DNA of 64,000 nucleotides, from the NCBI GenBank assembly GCA_964016885.1, contig OZ024766.1, positions 16,368,001-16,432,000 on the forward strand. The letters are read 5' to 3'. Both the position numbers and the translations under genes were made by a program. Of this stretch, positions 1-15,000 are shown one piece after another. A model generated the notes under the pieces. The model searched no databases. It was given only the letters and a program-made list of their open reading frames with translations, and was not told where the DNA came from. Position 1 is the first letter of the stretch. Every line of letters begins with the position of its first letter. This DNA is from Eledone cirrhosa (taxonomy: Eukaryota).

Positions 1-3000
1 TTCTTCCAATGTCAGTTGTCATACAGGTGTCCATGGCTGTCTTATTTAACTGGCTACTCCAGTGACTGCTCCTTCTAGTCTCTTCTTCCAATGTCAGTTG
101 TCATACAGGTGTCCATGGCTGTCTTATTTAACTGGCTACTCCAGTGACTGCTCCTTCTAGTCCCTTCTTCCAATGTCAGTTGTCATACAGGTGTCCATGG
201 CTGACTTATTTAACTGGCTACTCCAGTGACTGCTCCTTCTCGTCTCTCTTTCCAATATCGGTTGTCTTACAGGAGTCCATGGCTGTCTTATTTAACTGGC
301 TACTCCAGTGACTGCTCCTGCTAGTCTCTTCTTCCAATGTCAGCTGACATACAGGTGTCCATGGCTGTCTTATTTAACTGGCTACTCCAGTGATTTCCCC
401 CTCTAGTCTCTTCTTCCAATGTCAGTTGTCATACAGGAGTCCATGGCTGTCTTATTTAAGTGGCTACTCCAGTGACTGCTCCTTCTAGTCTCTTCATCCA
501 ACGTCAGTTGTCATACAGGAGTCCATGGCTGTCTTATTTAACTGGCTGCTCCATTGACTGCTCCTTCTAGTCCCTTCTTCCAATGTCAGTTGTCATACAG
601 GTGTCAATGGCTGTTATTTAACTGGCTACTCCAGTGACTGCTCCTTCTAGTCCCTTCTTCCAATGTCAGTTGTCATACAGGTGTCCAAAGCTGTCTTATT
701 TAACTGGCTACTCCAGTGACTGCCCCTTCTAGTCCCTTCTTCCAATGTCAGTTGTCATACAGGAGTCCATGGCTGTCTTATTTAACTGGCAACTCCAGTG
801 ACTGCCCCTTCTAGTCCCTTCTTCCAATGTCAGTTGTCATACAGGAGTCCATGGCTGTCTTATTTAACTGGCTACTCCAGTGACTGCCCCTTCTAGTCTC
901 ATCTTCCAATGTCAGTTGTCATACAGGTGTCCATGGCTGTCTTATTTAACTGGCTACTCCAGTGACTGCTCCTTCTAGTCTCTTCTTCCAATGTCAGTTG
1001 TCATACAGGTGTCCATGGCTGTCTTATTTAACTGGCTACTCCAGTGACTGCTCCTTCTAGTCCCTTCTTCCAATGTCAGTTGTCATACAGGTGTCCATGG
1101 CTGACTTATTTAACTGGCTACTCCAGTGACTGCTCCTTCTCGTCTCTCTTTCCAATATCGGTTGTCTTACAGGAGTCCATGGCTGTCTTATTTAACTGGC
1201 TACTCCTGTGACTGCTCCTGCTAGTCTCTTCTTCCAATGTCAGCTGACATACAGGTGTCCATGGCTGTCTTATTTAACTGGCTACTCCAGTGACTGCTCC
1301 CTCTAGTCCTTTCTTCCAATGTCAGTTGTCATACAGGAGTCCAAGACTGTCTTATTTAACTGGCTACTCCAGTGACTGCTCCTTCTAGTCCATTCTACCA
1401 ATGTCAGTTGTCATACAGGTGTCCATGGCTGTCTTATTTAACTGGCTACTCCAGTGACTGCTCCTTCTAGTCTCTTCTTCCAATATCAGTTGTCATACTG
1501 GAGTCCATGGCTGTCTTATTTAACTGGCCTACTCCAGTGACTGCTCCTTCTAGTCCCTTCTTCCAATGTTAGTTGTCATACAGGAGTCCATGGCCGTCTT
1601 ATTTAACTGGCTACTTCAGTGACTGCTCCTTCTAGTCCCTTCTTCCAATGTTAGTTGTCATACAGGAGTCCATGGCTGTCTTATTTAACTGGCTACTCCA
1701 GTGACTACTCCTTCTAGTCCCTTCTTCCAATGTTAGTTGTCATACAGGTGTCCATGGCTGTCTTATTTAGCTGGCTACTCCAGTGACTGCTGCTTCTAGT
1801 CTCTTCTTCCAATGTCAGTTGTCATACAGGTGTCCATGACTGTCTTATTTAACTGGCTACTCCAGTGACTGCTCCTTCTAGTCTCTTCTTCCAATGTCAG
1901 TTATCATACAGGTGTCCATGGCTGACTTATTTAACTGGCTACTCCAGTGATTGCCCCTTCTAGTCTCTTCTTCCAATGTCAGTTGTCATACAGGTGTCCA
2001 TGGCTGTCTTATTTAACTGGCTACTCAAGTGACTGCTCCTTCTAGTCCATTCTTCCAATGTCAGTTGTCATACAGGAGTCCATGGTTGTCTTATTTAACT
2101 GGCTACTCAAGTGACTGCTCCTTCTAGTCCATTCTTCCAATGTCAGTTGTCATACAGGTGTCCATGGCTGTCTTATTTAACTGGCTACTCCAGTGACTGC
2201 TCCTTCTAGTCTCTTCTTCCAATGTCAGTTATCATACAGGTGTCCATGGCTGACTTATTTAACTGGCTACTCCAGTGATTGCCCCTTCTAGTCTCTTCTT
2301 CCAATGTCAGTTGTCATACAGGTGTCCATGGCTGTCTTATTTAACTGGCTACTCAAGTGACTGCTTCTTCTAGTCCATTCTTCCAATGACAGTTGTCATA
2401 CAGGAGTCCATGGTTGTCTTATTTAACTGGCTACTCCAGTGACTGCTCCTTCTAGTCCATTCTTCCAATGTCAGTTGTCATACAGGTGTCCATGGCTGTC
2501 TTATTTAAGTGGCTACTCCAGTGACTGCTCCTTCTAGTCTCTTCTACCAATGTCAATTGTCATACAGGAGTCCATAACTGTCTTATTTAACTGGCTACTC
2601 CAGTGACTGCTCCTTCTAGTCTCTTCTTCCAATGTCAGTTGTCATACAGGTGTCCATGGCTGTCTTGTTTAACTGGCTACTCCAGTGACTGCTCCTTCTA
2701 GTCTCTTCTTCCAATGTCAGTTGTCATACAGGTGTCCATGGCTGTCTTATTTAACTGGCTACTCAAGTGACTGCTCCTTCTAGTCCATTCTTCCAATGTC
2801 AGTTGTCATACAGGAGTCCATGGTTGTCTTATTTAACTGGCTACTCAAGTGAGTGCTCCTTCTAGTCCATTCTTCCAATGTCAGTTGTCATACAGGTGTC
2901 CATGGCTGTCTTATTTAAGTGGCTACTCCAGTGACTGCTCCTTCTAGTCTCTTCTACCAATGTCAATTGTCATACAGGAGTCCATAACTGTCTTATTTAA

Positions 3001-6000
3001 CTGGCTACTCAAGTGACTGCTCCTTCTAGTCCATTCTTCCAATGTCAGTTGTCATACAGGAGTCCATGGCTGCCTTATTTAACTGGCCACTCCAGTGACT
3101 GCTCCTTCTAGTCTCTTCTTCCAATGACAGTTGTCATACAGGTGTCCATGGCTGTCTTATTTAACTGGCTACTCCAGTGACTGCTCCTTCTAGTCTCTTC
3201 TTCCGATGTCAGCTGACATACAGGTGTCCATGGCTGTCTTATTTAACTGGCTACTCCAGTGACTGCTCCTGCTAGTCTCTTCTTCCAATGTCAGCTGACA
3301 TACAGGTGTCCATGGCTGTCTTATTTAACTGGCTACTCCAGTGACTGCTCCCTCTAGTCCCTTCTTCCAATGTCAGTTGTCATACAGGAGTCCAAGACTG
3401 TCTTATTTAACTGGCTACTCCAGTGACTGCTCCTTCTAGTCCATTCTTCCAATGTCAGTTGTCATACAGGTGTCCATGGCTGTCTTGTTTAACTGGCTAC
3501 TCCAGTGACTGCTCCTTCTAGTCCCTTCTTCCAATGTCAGTTGTCATACAGGTGTCCATGGCTGTCTTGTTTAACTGGCTACTCCAGTGACTGCTCCTTC
3601 TAGTCCATTCTTCCAATGTCAGTTGTCATACAGGTGTCCATGGCTGTCTTGTTTAACTGGCTACTCCAGTGACTGCTCCTTCTAGTCCCTTCTTCTAATG
3701 TCAGTTGTCATACAGGTGTCCATGGCTGTCTTGTTTAACTGGCTACTCCAGTGACTGCTCCTTCTAGTCCCTTCTTCCAATGTCAGTTGTCATACAGGTG
3801 TCCATGGCTGTCTTGTTTAACTGGCTACTCCAGTGACTGCTCCTTCTAGTCTCTTCTTCCAATGTCAGTTGTCATACAGGAGTCCAAGACTGTCTTATTT
3901 AACTGGCTACTCCAGTGACTGCTCCTTCTAGTCCCTTCTTCCAATGTCAGTTGTCATACAGGTGTCCATGGCTGTCTTATTTAACTGGCTACTCCAAGAC
4001 TGCTCCTTCTAGTCTCTTCTTCCAATGTCAGTTGTCATACAGGTGTCCATGGCTGTCTTATTTAACTGGCTACTCCAGTGACTGCTCCTTCTAGTCCCTT
4101 CTTCCAATGTCAGTTGTCATACAGGTGTCCATGGCTGTCTTATTTAACTGGCTACTCCAGTGACTGCCCCTTCTAGTCCCTTCTTCCAATGTCAGTTGTC
4201 ATACAGGTGTCCATGGGTGACTTATTTAACTGGCTACTCCAGTGATTTCCCCCTCTAGTCTCTTCTTCCAATGTCAGTTGTCATACAGGAGTCCATGACT
4301 GTCTTATTTAAGTGGCTACTCCAGTGACTGCTCCTTCTAGTCTCTTCATCCAATGTCAGTTGTCATACAGGAGTCCATGGCTGTCTTATTTAACTGGCTG
4401 CTCCATTGACTGCTCCTTCTAGTCCCTTCTTCCAATGTCAGTTGTCATACAGGTGTCAATGGCTGTTATTTAACTGGCTACTCCAGTGACTGCTCCTTCT
4501 AGTCCCTTCTTCCAATGTCAGTTGTCATACAGGTGTCCAAAGCTGTCTTATTTAACTGGCTACTCCAGTGACTGCCCCTTCTAGTCCCTTCTTCCAATGT
4601 CAGTTGTCATACAGGAGTCCATGGCTGTCTTATTTAACTGGCTACTCCAGTGACTGCCCCTTCTAGTCCCTTCTTCCAATGTCAGTTGTCATACAGGAGT
4701 CCATGGCTGTCTTATTTAACTGGCTACTCCAGTTACTGCCCCTTCTAGTCTCTTCTTCCAATGTCAGTTGTCATACAGGTGTCCATGGCTGTCTTATTTA
4801 ACTGGCTACTCCAGTGACTGCTCCTTCTAGTCTCTTCTTCCAATGTCAGTTGTCATACAGGTGTCCATGGCTGTCTTATTTAACTGGCTACTCCAGTGAC
4901 TGCTCCTTCTAGTCCCTTCTTCCAATGTCAGTTGTCATACAGGTGTCCATGGCTGACTTATTTAACTGGCTACTCCAGTGACTGCTCCTTCTCGTCTCTC
5001 TTTCCAATATCGGTTGTCTTACAGGAGTCCATGGCTGTCTTATTTAACTGGCTACTCCAGTGACTGCTCCTGCTAGTCTCTTCTTCCAATGTCAGCTGAC
5101 ATACAGGTGTCCATGGCTGTCTTATTTAACTGGCTACTCCAGTGATTTCCCCCTCTAGTCTCTTCTTCCAATGTCAGTTGTCATACAGGAGTCCATGGCT
5201 GTCTTATTTAAGTGGCTACTCCAGTGACTGCTCCTTCTAGTCTCTTCATCCAACGTCAGTTGTCATACAGGAGTCCATGGCTGTCTTATTTAACTGGCTG
5301 CTCCATTGACTGCTCCTTCTAGTCCCTTCTTCCAATGTCAGTTGTCATACAGGTGTCAATGGCTGTTATTTAACTGGCTACTCTAGTGACTGCTCCTTCT
5401 AGTCCCTTCTTCCAATGTCAGTTGTCATACAGGTGTCCAAAGCTGTCTTATTTAACTGGCTACTCCAGTGACTGCCCCTTCTAGTCCCTTCTTCCAATGT
5501 CAGTTGTCATACAGGAGTCCATGGCTGTCTTATTTAACTGGCAACTCCAGTGACTGCCCCTTCTAGTCCCTTCTTCCAATGTCAGTTGTCATACAGGAGA
5601 CCATGGCTGTCTTATTTAACTGGCTACTCCAGTGACTGCCCCTTCTAGTCTCATCTTCCAATGTCAGTTGTCATACAGGTGTCCATGGCTGTCTTATTTA
5701 ACTGGCTACTCCAGTGACTGCTGCTTCTAGTCTCTTCTTCCAATGTCAGTTGTCATACAGGTGTCCATGACTGTCTTATTTAACTGGCTACTCCAGTGAC
5801 TGCTCCTTCTAGTCTCTTCTTCCAATGTCAGTTATCATACAGGTGTCCATGGCTGACTTATTTAACTGGCTACTCCAGTGATTGCCCCTTCTAGTCTCTT
5901 CTTCCAATGTCAGTTGTCATACAGGTGTCCATGGCTGTCTTGTTTAACTGGCTACTCCAGTGACTGCTCCTTCTAGTCTCTTCTTCCAATGTCAGTTGTC

Positions 6001-9000
6001 ATACAGGTGTCCATGGCTGTCTTATTTAACTGGCTACTCAAGTGAGTGCTCCTTCTAGTCCATTCTTCCAATGTCAGTTGTCATACAGGTGTCCATGGCT
6101 GTCTTATTTAAGTGGCTACTCCAGTGACTGCTCCTTCTAGTCTCTTCTACCAATGTCAATTGTCATACAGGAGTCCATAACTGTCTTATTTAACTGGCTA
6201 CTCCAGTGACTGCTCCTTCTAGTCTCTTCTTCCAATGTCAGTTGTCATACAGGTGTCCATGGCTGTCTTGTTTAACTGGCTACTCCAGTGACTGCTCCTT
6301 CTAGTCTCTTCTTCCAATGTCAGTTGTCATACAGGTGTCCATGGCTGTCTTATTTAACTGGCTACTCAAGTGACTGCTCCTTCTAGTCCATTCTTCCAAT
6401 GTCAGTTGTCATACAGGAGTCCATGGTTGTCTTATTTAACTGGCTACTCAAGTGAGTGCTCCTTCTAGTCCATTCTTCCAATGTCAGTTGTCATACAGGT
6501 GTCCATGGCTGTCTTATTTAAGTGGCTACTCCAGTGACTGCTCCTTCTAGTCTCTTCTACCAATGTCAATTGTCATACAGGAGTCCATAACTGTCTTATT
6601 TAACTGGCTACTCCAGTGACTGCTCCTTCTAGTCTCTTCTTCCGATGTCAGCTGACATACAGGTGTCCATGGCTGTCTTATTTAACTGGCTACTCCAGTG
6701 ACTGCTCCTGCTAGTCTCTTCTTCCAATGTCAGCTGACATACAGGTGTCCATGGCTGTCTTATTTAACTGGCTACTCCAGTGACTGCTCCCTCTAGTCCC
6801 TTCTTCCAATGTCAGTTGTCATACAGGAGTCCAAGACTGTCTTATTTAACTGGCTACTCCAGTGACTGCTCCTTCTAGTCCATTCTTCCAATGTCAGTTG
6901 TCATACAGGTGTCCATGGCTGTCTTGTTTAACTGGCTACTCCAGTGACTGCTCCTTCTAGTCCCTTCTTCCAATGTCAGTTGTCATACAGGTGTCCATGG
7001 CTGTCTTGTTTAACTGGCTACTCCAGTGACTGCTTCTTCTAGTCCCTTCTTCCAATGTCAGTTGTCATACGGGAGTCCAAGACTGTCTTATTTAACTGGC
7101 TACTCCAGTGACTGCTCCTTCTAGTCCCTTCTTCCAATGTCAGTTGTCATACAGGTGTCCATGGCTGTCTTGTTTAACTGGATACTCCAGTGACTGCTCC
7201 TTCTAGTCTCTTCTTCCAATGTCAGTTGTCAGACAGGTGTCCATGGCTGTCTTATTTAACTGGCTACTCCAGTGACTGCTCCTTCTAGTCCCTTCTTCCA
7301 ATGTCAGTTGTCATACAGGTGTCCATGGCTGTCTTATTTAACTGGCTACTCCAAGACTGCTCCTTCTAGTCTCTTCTTCCATTGTCAGTTGTCATACAGG
7401 TGTCCATGGCTGTCTTATTTAACTGGCTACTCCAGTGACTGCTCCTTCTAGTCCCTTCTTCCAATGTCAGTTGTCATACAGGTGTCCATGGCTGTCTTGT
7501 TTAACTGGATACTCCAGTGACTGCTCCTTCTAGTCTCTTCTTCCAATGTCAGTTGTCATACAGGAGTCCATGGCTGTCTTATTTAACTGGCTACTCCAGT
7601 GACTGCTCCTTCTAGTCTCTTCTTCCAATGTCAGCTGTCATACAGGTGTCCATGGCTGTCTTATTTAGCTGGCTACTCCAGTGACTGCTCCTTCTAGTCT
7701 CTTCTTCCAATGTCAGTTGTCATACAGGTGTCCATGGCTGTCTTATTTAACTGGCTACTCAAGTGACTGCTCCTTCTAGTCTCTTCTTCCAATGTCAGTT
7801 GTCATACAGGTGTCCATGGCTGACTTATTTAACTGGCTACTCCAGTGACTGCTCCTTCTAATCTCTTCTTCCAATGTCAGTTGTCATACAGGAGTCCATG
7901 GCTGTCTTATTTAACTGACTACTCCAGTGACTGCACCTTCTAGTCCCTTCTTCCAATGTCAGTTGTCATACAGGTGTCCATGGCTGTCTTGTTTAACTGG
8001 CTACTCCAGTGACTGCTCCTTCTAGTCCCTTCTTCCAATGTCGGTTGTCATACAGGTGTCCATGGCTGTCTTATTTAACTGGCTACTCCAGTGACTGCCC
8101 CTTCTAGTCCCTTCTTCCAATGTCAGTTGTCATACAGGTGTCCATGGCTGACTTATTTAACTGGCTACTCCAGTGATTTCCCCCTCTAGTCTCTTCTTCC
8201 AATGTCAGTTGTCATACAGGAGTCCATGACTGTCTTATTTAAGTGGCTACTCCAGTGACTGCTCCTTCTAGTCTCTTCATCCAACGTCAGTTGTCATACA
8301 GGAGTCCATGGCTGTCTTATTTAACTGGCTGCTCCATTGACTGCTCCTTCTAGTCCCTTCTTCCAATGTCAGTTGTCATACAGGTGTCAATGGCTGTTAT
8401 TTAACTGGCTACTCCAGTGACTGCTCTTTCTAGTCCCTTCTTCCAATGTCAGTTGTCATACAGGTGTCCAAAGCTGTCTTATTTAACTGGCTACTCCAGT
8501 GACTGCCCCTTCTAGTCCCTTCTTCCAATGTCAGTTGTCATACAGGAGTCCATGGCTGTCTTATTTAACTGGCTACTCCAGTGACTGCCCCTTCTAGTCC
8601 CTTCTTCCAATGTCAGTTGTCATACAGGAGTCCATGGCTGTCTTATTTAACTGGCTACTCCAGTTACTGCCCCTTCTAGTCTCTTCTTCCAATGTCAGTT
8701 GTCATACAGGTGTCCATGGCTGTCTTATTTAACTGGCTACTCCAGTGACTGCTCCTTCTAGTCCCTTCTTCCAATGTCAGTTGTCATACAGGTGTCCATG
8801 GCTGACTTATTTAACTGGCTACTCCAGTGACTGCTCCTTCTCGTCTCTCTTTCCAATATCGGTTGTCTTACAGGAGTCCATGGCTGTCTTATTTAACTGG
8901 CTACTCCAGTGACTGCTCCTGCTAGTCTCTTCTTCCAATGTCAGCTGACATACAGGTGTCCATGGCTGTCTTATTTAACTGGCTACTCCAGTGACTGCCC

Positions 9001-12000
9001 CTTCTAGTCCCTTCTTCCAATGTCAGTTGTCATACAGGAGTCCATGGCTGTCTTATTTAACTGGCTACTCCAATGACTGCCCCTTCTAGTCTCTTCTTCC
9101 AATGTCAGTTGTCATACTGGTGTCCATGGCTGTCTTATTTAACTGGCTACTCCAGTGACTGCTCCTTCTAGTCTCTTCTTCCAATTTCAGTTGTCATACA
9201 GGTGTCCATGGCTGTCTTATTTAACTGGCTACTCCAGTGACTGCTCCTTCTAGTCCCTTCTTCCAATGACAGTTGTCATACAGGTGTCCATGGCTGACTT
9301 ATTTAACTGGCTACTCCAGTGACTGCTCCTTCTCGTCTCTCTTTCCAATATCGGTTGTCTTACAGGAGTCCATGGCTGTCTTATTTAACTGGCTACTCCA
9401 GTGACTGCTCCTGCTAGTCTCTTCTTCCAATGTCAGCTGACATACAGGTGTCCATGGCTGTCTTATTTAACTGGCTACTCCAGTGATTTCCCCCTCTAGT
9501 CTCTTCTTCCAATGTCAGTTGTCATACAGGAGTCCATGACTGTCTTATTTAAGTGGCTACTCCAGTGACTTCTCCTTCTAGTCTCTTCATCCAACGTCAG
9601 TTGTCATACAGGAGTCCATGGCTGTCTTATTTAACTGGCTGCTCCATTGACTGCTCCTTCTAGTCCCTTCTTCCAATGTCAGTTGTCATACAGGTGTCAA
9701 TGGCTGTTATTTAACTGGCTACTCCAGTGACTGCTCCTTCTAGTCCCTTCTTCCAATGTCAGTTGTCATACAGGTGTCCAAAGCTGTCTTATTTAACTGG
9801 CTACTCCAGTGACTGCCCCTTCTAGTCCCTTCTTCCAATGTCAGTTGTCATACAGGAGTCCATGGCTGTCTTATTTAACTGGCAACTCCAGTGACTGCCC
9901 CTTCTAGTCCCTTCTTCCAATGTCAGTTGTCATACAGGAGTCCATGGCTGTCTTCTTTAACTGGCTACTCCAGTGACTGCCCCTTCTAGTCTCATCTTCC
10001 AATGTCAGTTGTCATACAGGTGTCCATGGCTGTCTTATTTAACTGGCTACTCCAGTGACTGCTCCTTCTAGTCTCTTCTTCCAATGTCAGTTGTCATACA
10101 GGTGTCCATGGCTGTCTTATTTAACTGGCTACTCCAGTGACTGCTCCTTCTAGTCCCTTCTTCCAATGTCAGTTGTCATACAGGTGTCCATGGCTGACTT
10201 ATTTAACTGGCTACTCCAGTGACTGCTCCTTCTCGTCTCTCTTTCCAATATCGGTTGTCTTACAGGAGTCCATGGCTGTCTTATTTAACTGGCTACTCCA
10301 GTGACTGCTCCTGCTAGTCTCTTCTTCCAATGTCAGTTGTCATACAGGTGTCCATGGCTGTCTTGTTTAACTGGCTACTCCAGTGACTGCTCCTTCTAGT
10401 CCCTTCTTCCAATGTCAGTTGTCATACAGGTGTCCATGGCTGTCTTATTTAACTGGCTACTCCAGTGACTGCCCCTTCTAGTCCCTTCTTCCAATGTCAG
10501 TTGTCATACAGGTGTCCATGGCTGACTTATTTAACTGGCTACTCCAGTGATTTCCCCCTCTAGTCTCTTCTTCCAATGTCAGTTGTCATACAGGAGTCCA
10601 TGACTGTCTTATTTAAGTGGCTGCTCCATTGACTGCTCCTTCTAGTCCCTTCTTCCAATGTCAGTTGTCATACAGGTGTCCATGGCTGACTTATTTAACT
10701 GGCTACTCCAGTGACTGCTCCTTCTCGTCTCTCTTTCCAATATCGGTTGTCTTACAGGAGTCCATGGCTGTCTTATTTAACTGGCTACTCCAGTGACTGC
10801 TCCTGCTAGTCTCTTCTTCCAATGTCAGCTGACATACAGGTGTCCATGGCTGTCTTATTTAACTGGCTACTCCAGTGACTGCCCCTTCTAGTCCCTTCTT
10901 CCAATGTCAGTTGTCATACAGGAGTCCATGGCTGTCTTATTTAACTGGCTACTCCAATGACTGCCCCTTCTAGTCTCTTCTTCCAATGTCAGTTGTCATA
11001 CTGGTGTCCATGGCTGTCTTATTTAACTGGCTACTCCAGTGACTGCTCCTTCTAGTCTCTTCTTCCAATTTCAGTTGTCATACAGGTGTCCATGGCTGTC
11101 TTATTTAACTGGCTACTCCAGTGACTGCTCCTTCTAGTCCCTTCTTCCAATGACAGTTGTCATACAGGTGTCCATGGCTGACTTATTTAACTGGCTACTC
11201 CAGTGACTGCTCCTGCTAGTCTCTTCTTCCAATGTCAGTTGTCATACAGGTGTCCATGGCTGTCTTGTTTAACTGGCTACTCCAGTGACTGCTCCTTCTA
11301 GTCCCTTCTTCCAATGTCAGTTGTCATACAGGTGTCCATGGCTGTCTTATTTAACTGGCTACTCCAGTGACTGCCCCTTCTAGTCCCTTCTTCCAATGTC
11401 AGTTGTCATACAGGTGTCCATGGCTGACTTATTTAACTGGCTACTCCAGTGATTTCCCCCTCTAGTCTCTTCTTCCAATGTCAGTTGTCATACAGGAGTC
11501 CATGACTGTCTTATTTAAGTGGCTACTCCAGTGACTGCTCCTTCTAGTCTCTTCATCCAACGTCAGTTGTCATACAGGAGTCCATGGCTGTCTTATTTAA
11601 CTGGCTGCTCCATTGACTGCTCCTTCTAGTCCCTTCTTCCAATGTCAGTTGTCATACAGGTGTCAATGGCTGTTATTTAACTGGCTACTCCAGTGACTGC
11701 TCCTTCTAGTCCCTTCTTCCAATGTCAGTTGTCATACAGGTGTCCAAAGCTGTCTTATTTAACTGGCTACTCCAGTGACTGCCCCTTCTAGTCCCTTCTT
11801 CCAATGTCAGTTGTCATACAGGAGTCCATGGCTGTCTTATTTAACTGGCAACTCCAGTGACTGCCCCTTCTAGTCCCTTCTTCCAATGTCAGTTGTCATA
11901 CAGGAGTCCATGGCTGTCTTATTTAACTGGCTACTCCAGTGACTGCCCCTTCTAGTCTCTTCTTCCAATGTCAGTTGTCATACAGGTGTCCATGGCTGTC

Positions 12001-15000
12001 TTATTTAACTGGCTACTCCAGTGACTGCTCCTTCTAGTCTCTTCTTCCAATGTCAGTTGTCATACAGGTGTCCATGGCTGTCTTATTTAACTGGCTACTC
12101 CAGTGACTGCTCCTTCTAGTCCCTTCTTCCAATGTCAGTTGTCATACAGGTGTCCATGGCTGACTTATTTAACTGGCTACTCCAGTGACTGCTCCTTCTC
12201 GTCTCTCTTTCCAATATCGGTTGTCTTACAGGAGTCCATGGCTGTCTTATTTAACTGGCTACTCCAGTGACTGCTCCTGCTAGTCTCTTCTTCCAATGTC
12301 AGCTGACATACAGGTGTCCATGGCTGTCTTATTTAACTGGCTACTCCAGTGACTGCCCCTTCTAGTCCCTTCTTCCAATGTCAGTTGTCATACAGGAGTC
12401 CATGGCTGTCTTATTTAACTGGCTACTCCAGTGACTGCCCCTTCTAGTCCCTTCTTCCAATGTCAGTTGTCATACAGGAGTCCATGGCTGTCTTATTTAA
12501 CTGGCTACTCCAGTGACTGCTCCTTCTAGTCCCTTCTTCCAATGTCAGTTGTCATACAGGTGTCCATGGCTGACTTATTTAACTGGCTACTCCAGTGACT
12601 GCTCCTTCTCGTCTCTCTTTCCAATATCGGTTGTCTTACAGGAGTCCATGGCTGTCTTATTTAACTGGCTACTCCAGTGACTGCTCCTGCTAGTCTCTTC
12701 TTCCAATGTCAGCTGACATACAGGTGTCCATGGCTGTCTTATTTAACTGGCTACTCCAGTGACTGCTCCCTCTAGTCCCTTCTTCCAATGTCAGTGGTCA
12801 TACAGGAGTCCAAGACTGTCTTATTTAACTGGCTACTCCAGTGACTGCTCCTTCTAGTCCATTCTACCAATGTCAGTTGTCATACAGGTGTCCATGGCTG
12901 TCTTATTTAACTGGCTACTCCAGTGACTGCTCCTTCTAGTCTCTTCTTCCAATATCAGTTGTCATACTGGAGTCCATGGCTGTCTTATTTAACTGGCCTA
13001 CTCCAGTGACTGCTCCTTCTAGTCCCTTCTTCCAATGTTAGTTGTCATACAGTAGTCCATGGCCGTCTTATTTAACTGGCTACTTCAGTGACTGCTCCTT
13101 CTAGTCCCTTCTTCCAATGTTAGTTGTCATACAGGAGTCCATGGCTGTCTTATTTAACTGGCTACTCCAGTGACTGCTCCTTCTAGTCCCTTCTTCCAAT
13201 GTTAGTTGTCATACAGGTGTCCATGGCTGTCTTATTTAGCTGGCTACTCCAGTGACTGCTGCTTCTAGTCTCTTCTTCCAATGTCAGTTGTCATACAGGT
13301 GTCCATGACTGTCTTATTTAACTGGCTACTCCAGTGACTGCTCCTTCTAGTCTCTTCTTCCAATGTCAGTTATCATACAGGTGTCCATGGCTGACTTATT
13401 TAACTGGCTACTCCAGTGATTGCCCCTTCTAGTCTCTTCTTCCAATGTCAGTTGTGATACAGGTGTCCATGGCTGTCTTATTTAACTGGCTACTCAAGTG
13501 ACTGCTCCTTCTAGTCCATTCTTCCAATGTCAGTTGTCATACAGGAGTCCATGGTTGTCTTATTTAACTGGCTACTCAAGTGACTGCTCCTTCTAGTCCA
13601 TTCTTCCAATGTCAGTTGTCATACAGGTGTCCATGGCTGTCTTATTTAACTGGCTACTCCAGTGACTGCTCCTTCTAGTCTCTTCTACCAATGTCAATTG
13701 TCATACAGGAGTCCATAACTGTCTTATTTAACTGGCTACTCCAGTGACTGCTCCTTCTAGTCTCTTCTTCCAATGTCAGTTGTCATACAGGTGTCCATGG
13801 CTGTCTTGTTTAACTGGCTACTCCAGTGACTGCTCCTTCTAGTCTCTTCTTCCAATGTCAGTTGTCATACAGGTGTCCATGGCTGTCTTATTTAACTGGC
13901 TACTCAAGTGACTGCTCCTTCTAGTCCATTCTTCCAATGTCAGTTGTCATACAGGAGTCCATGGTTGTCTTATTTAACTGGCTACTCAAGTGAGTGCTCC
14001 TTCTAGTCCATTCTTCCAATGTCAGTTGTCATACAGGTGTCCATGGCTGTCTTATTTAAGTGGCTACTCCAGTGACTGCTCCTTCTAGTCTCTTCTACCA
14101 ATGTCAATTGTCATACAGGAGTCCATAACTGTCTTATTTAACTGGCTACTCTAGTGACTGCTCCTTCTAGTCTCTTCTTCCGATGTCAGCTGACATACAG
14201 GTGTCCAAGACTGTCTTATTTAACTGGCTACTCCAGTGACTGCCCCTTCTAGTCTCTTCTTCCAATGTCAGTTGTCATACAGGTGTCCATGGCTGTCTTA
14301 TTTAACTGGCTACTCCAGTGACTGCTCCTTCTAGTCTCTTCTTCCAATGTCAGTTGTCATACAGGTGTCCATGGCTGACTTATTTAACTGGCTACTCCAG
14401 TGATTTCCCCTTCTAGTCTCTTCTTCCAATGTCAGTTGTCATACAGGAGTCCATGACTGACTTATTTAAGTGGCTACTCCAGTGACTGCTCCTTCTAGTC
14501 TCTTCATCCAACGTCAGTTGTCATACAGGAGTCCATGGCTGTCTTATTTAACTGGCTGCTCCATTGACTGCTCCTTCTAGTCCCTTCTTCCAATGTCAGT
14601 TGTCATACAGGTGTCCATGGCTGTCTTATTTAATTGGCTACTCCAGTGACTGCTCCTTCTAATCCCTTCTTCCAATGTCAGTTGTCATACAGGTGTCAAT
14701 GGCTGTTATTTAACTGGCTACTCCAGTGACTGCCCCTTCTAGTCCCTTCTTCCAATGTCAGTTGTCATACAGGAGTCCATGGCTGTCTTATTTAACTGGC
14801 TACTCCAGTGACTGCTCCTTCTAGTCTCTTCTTCCAATATCAGTTGTTATACACGAGTCCACGGCTCTCTTATTTAACTGGCTACTCCAGTGACTGCTCC
14901 TTCTCGTCTCTCTTTCCAATATCAGTTGTCTTACAGGAGTCCATGGCTGTCTTATTTAACTGGCTACTCCAGTGACTGCTCCTGCTAGTCTCTTCTTCCA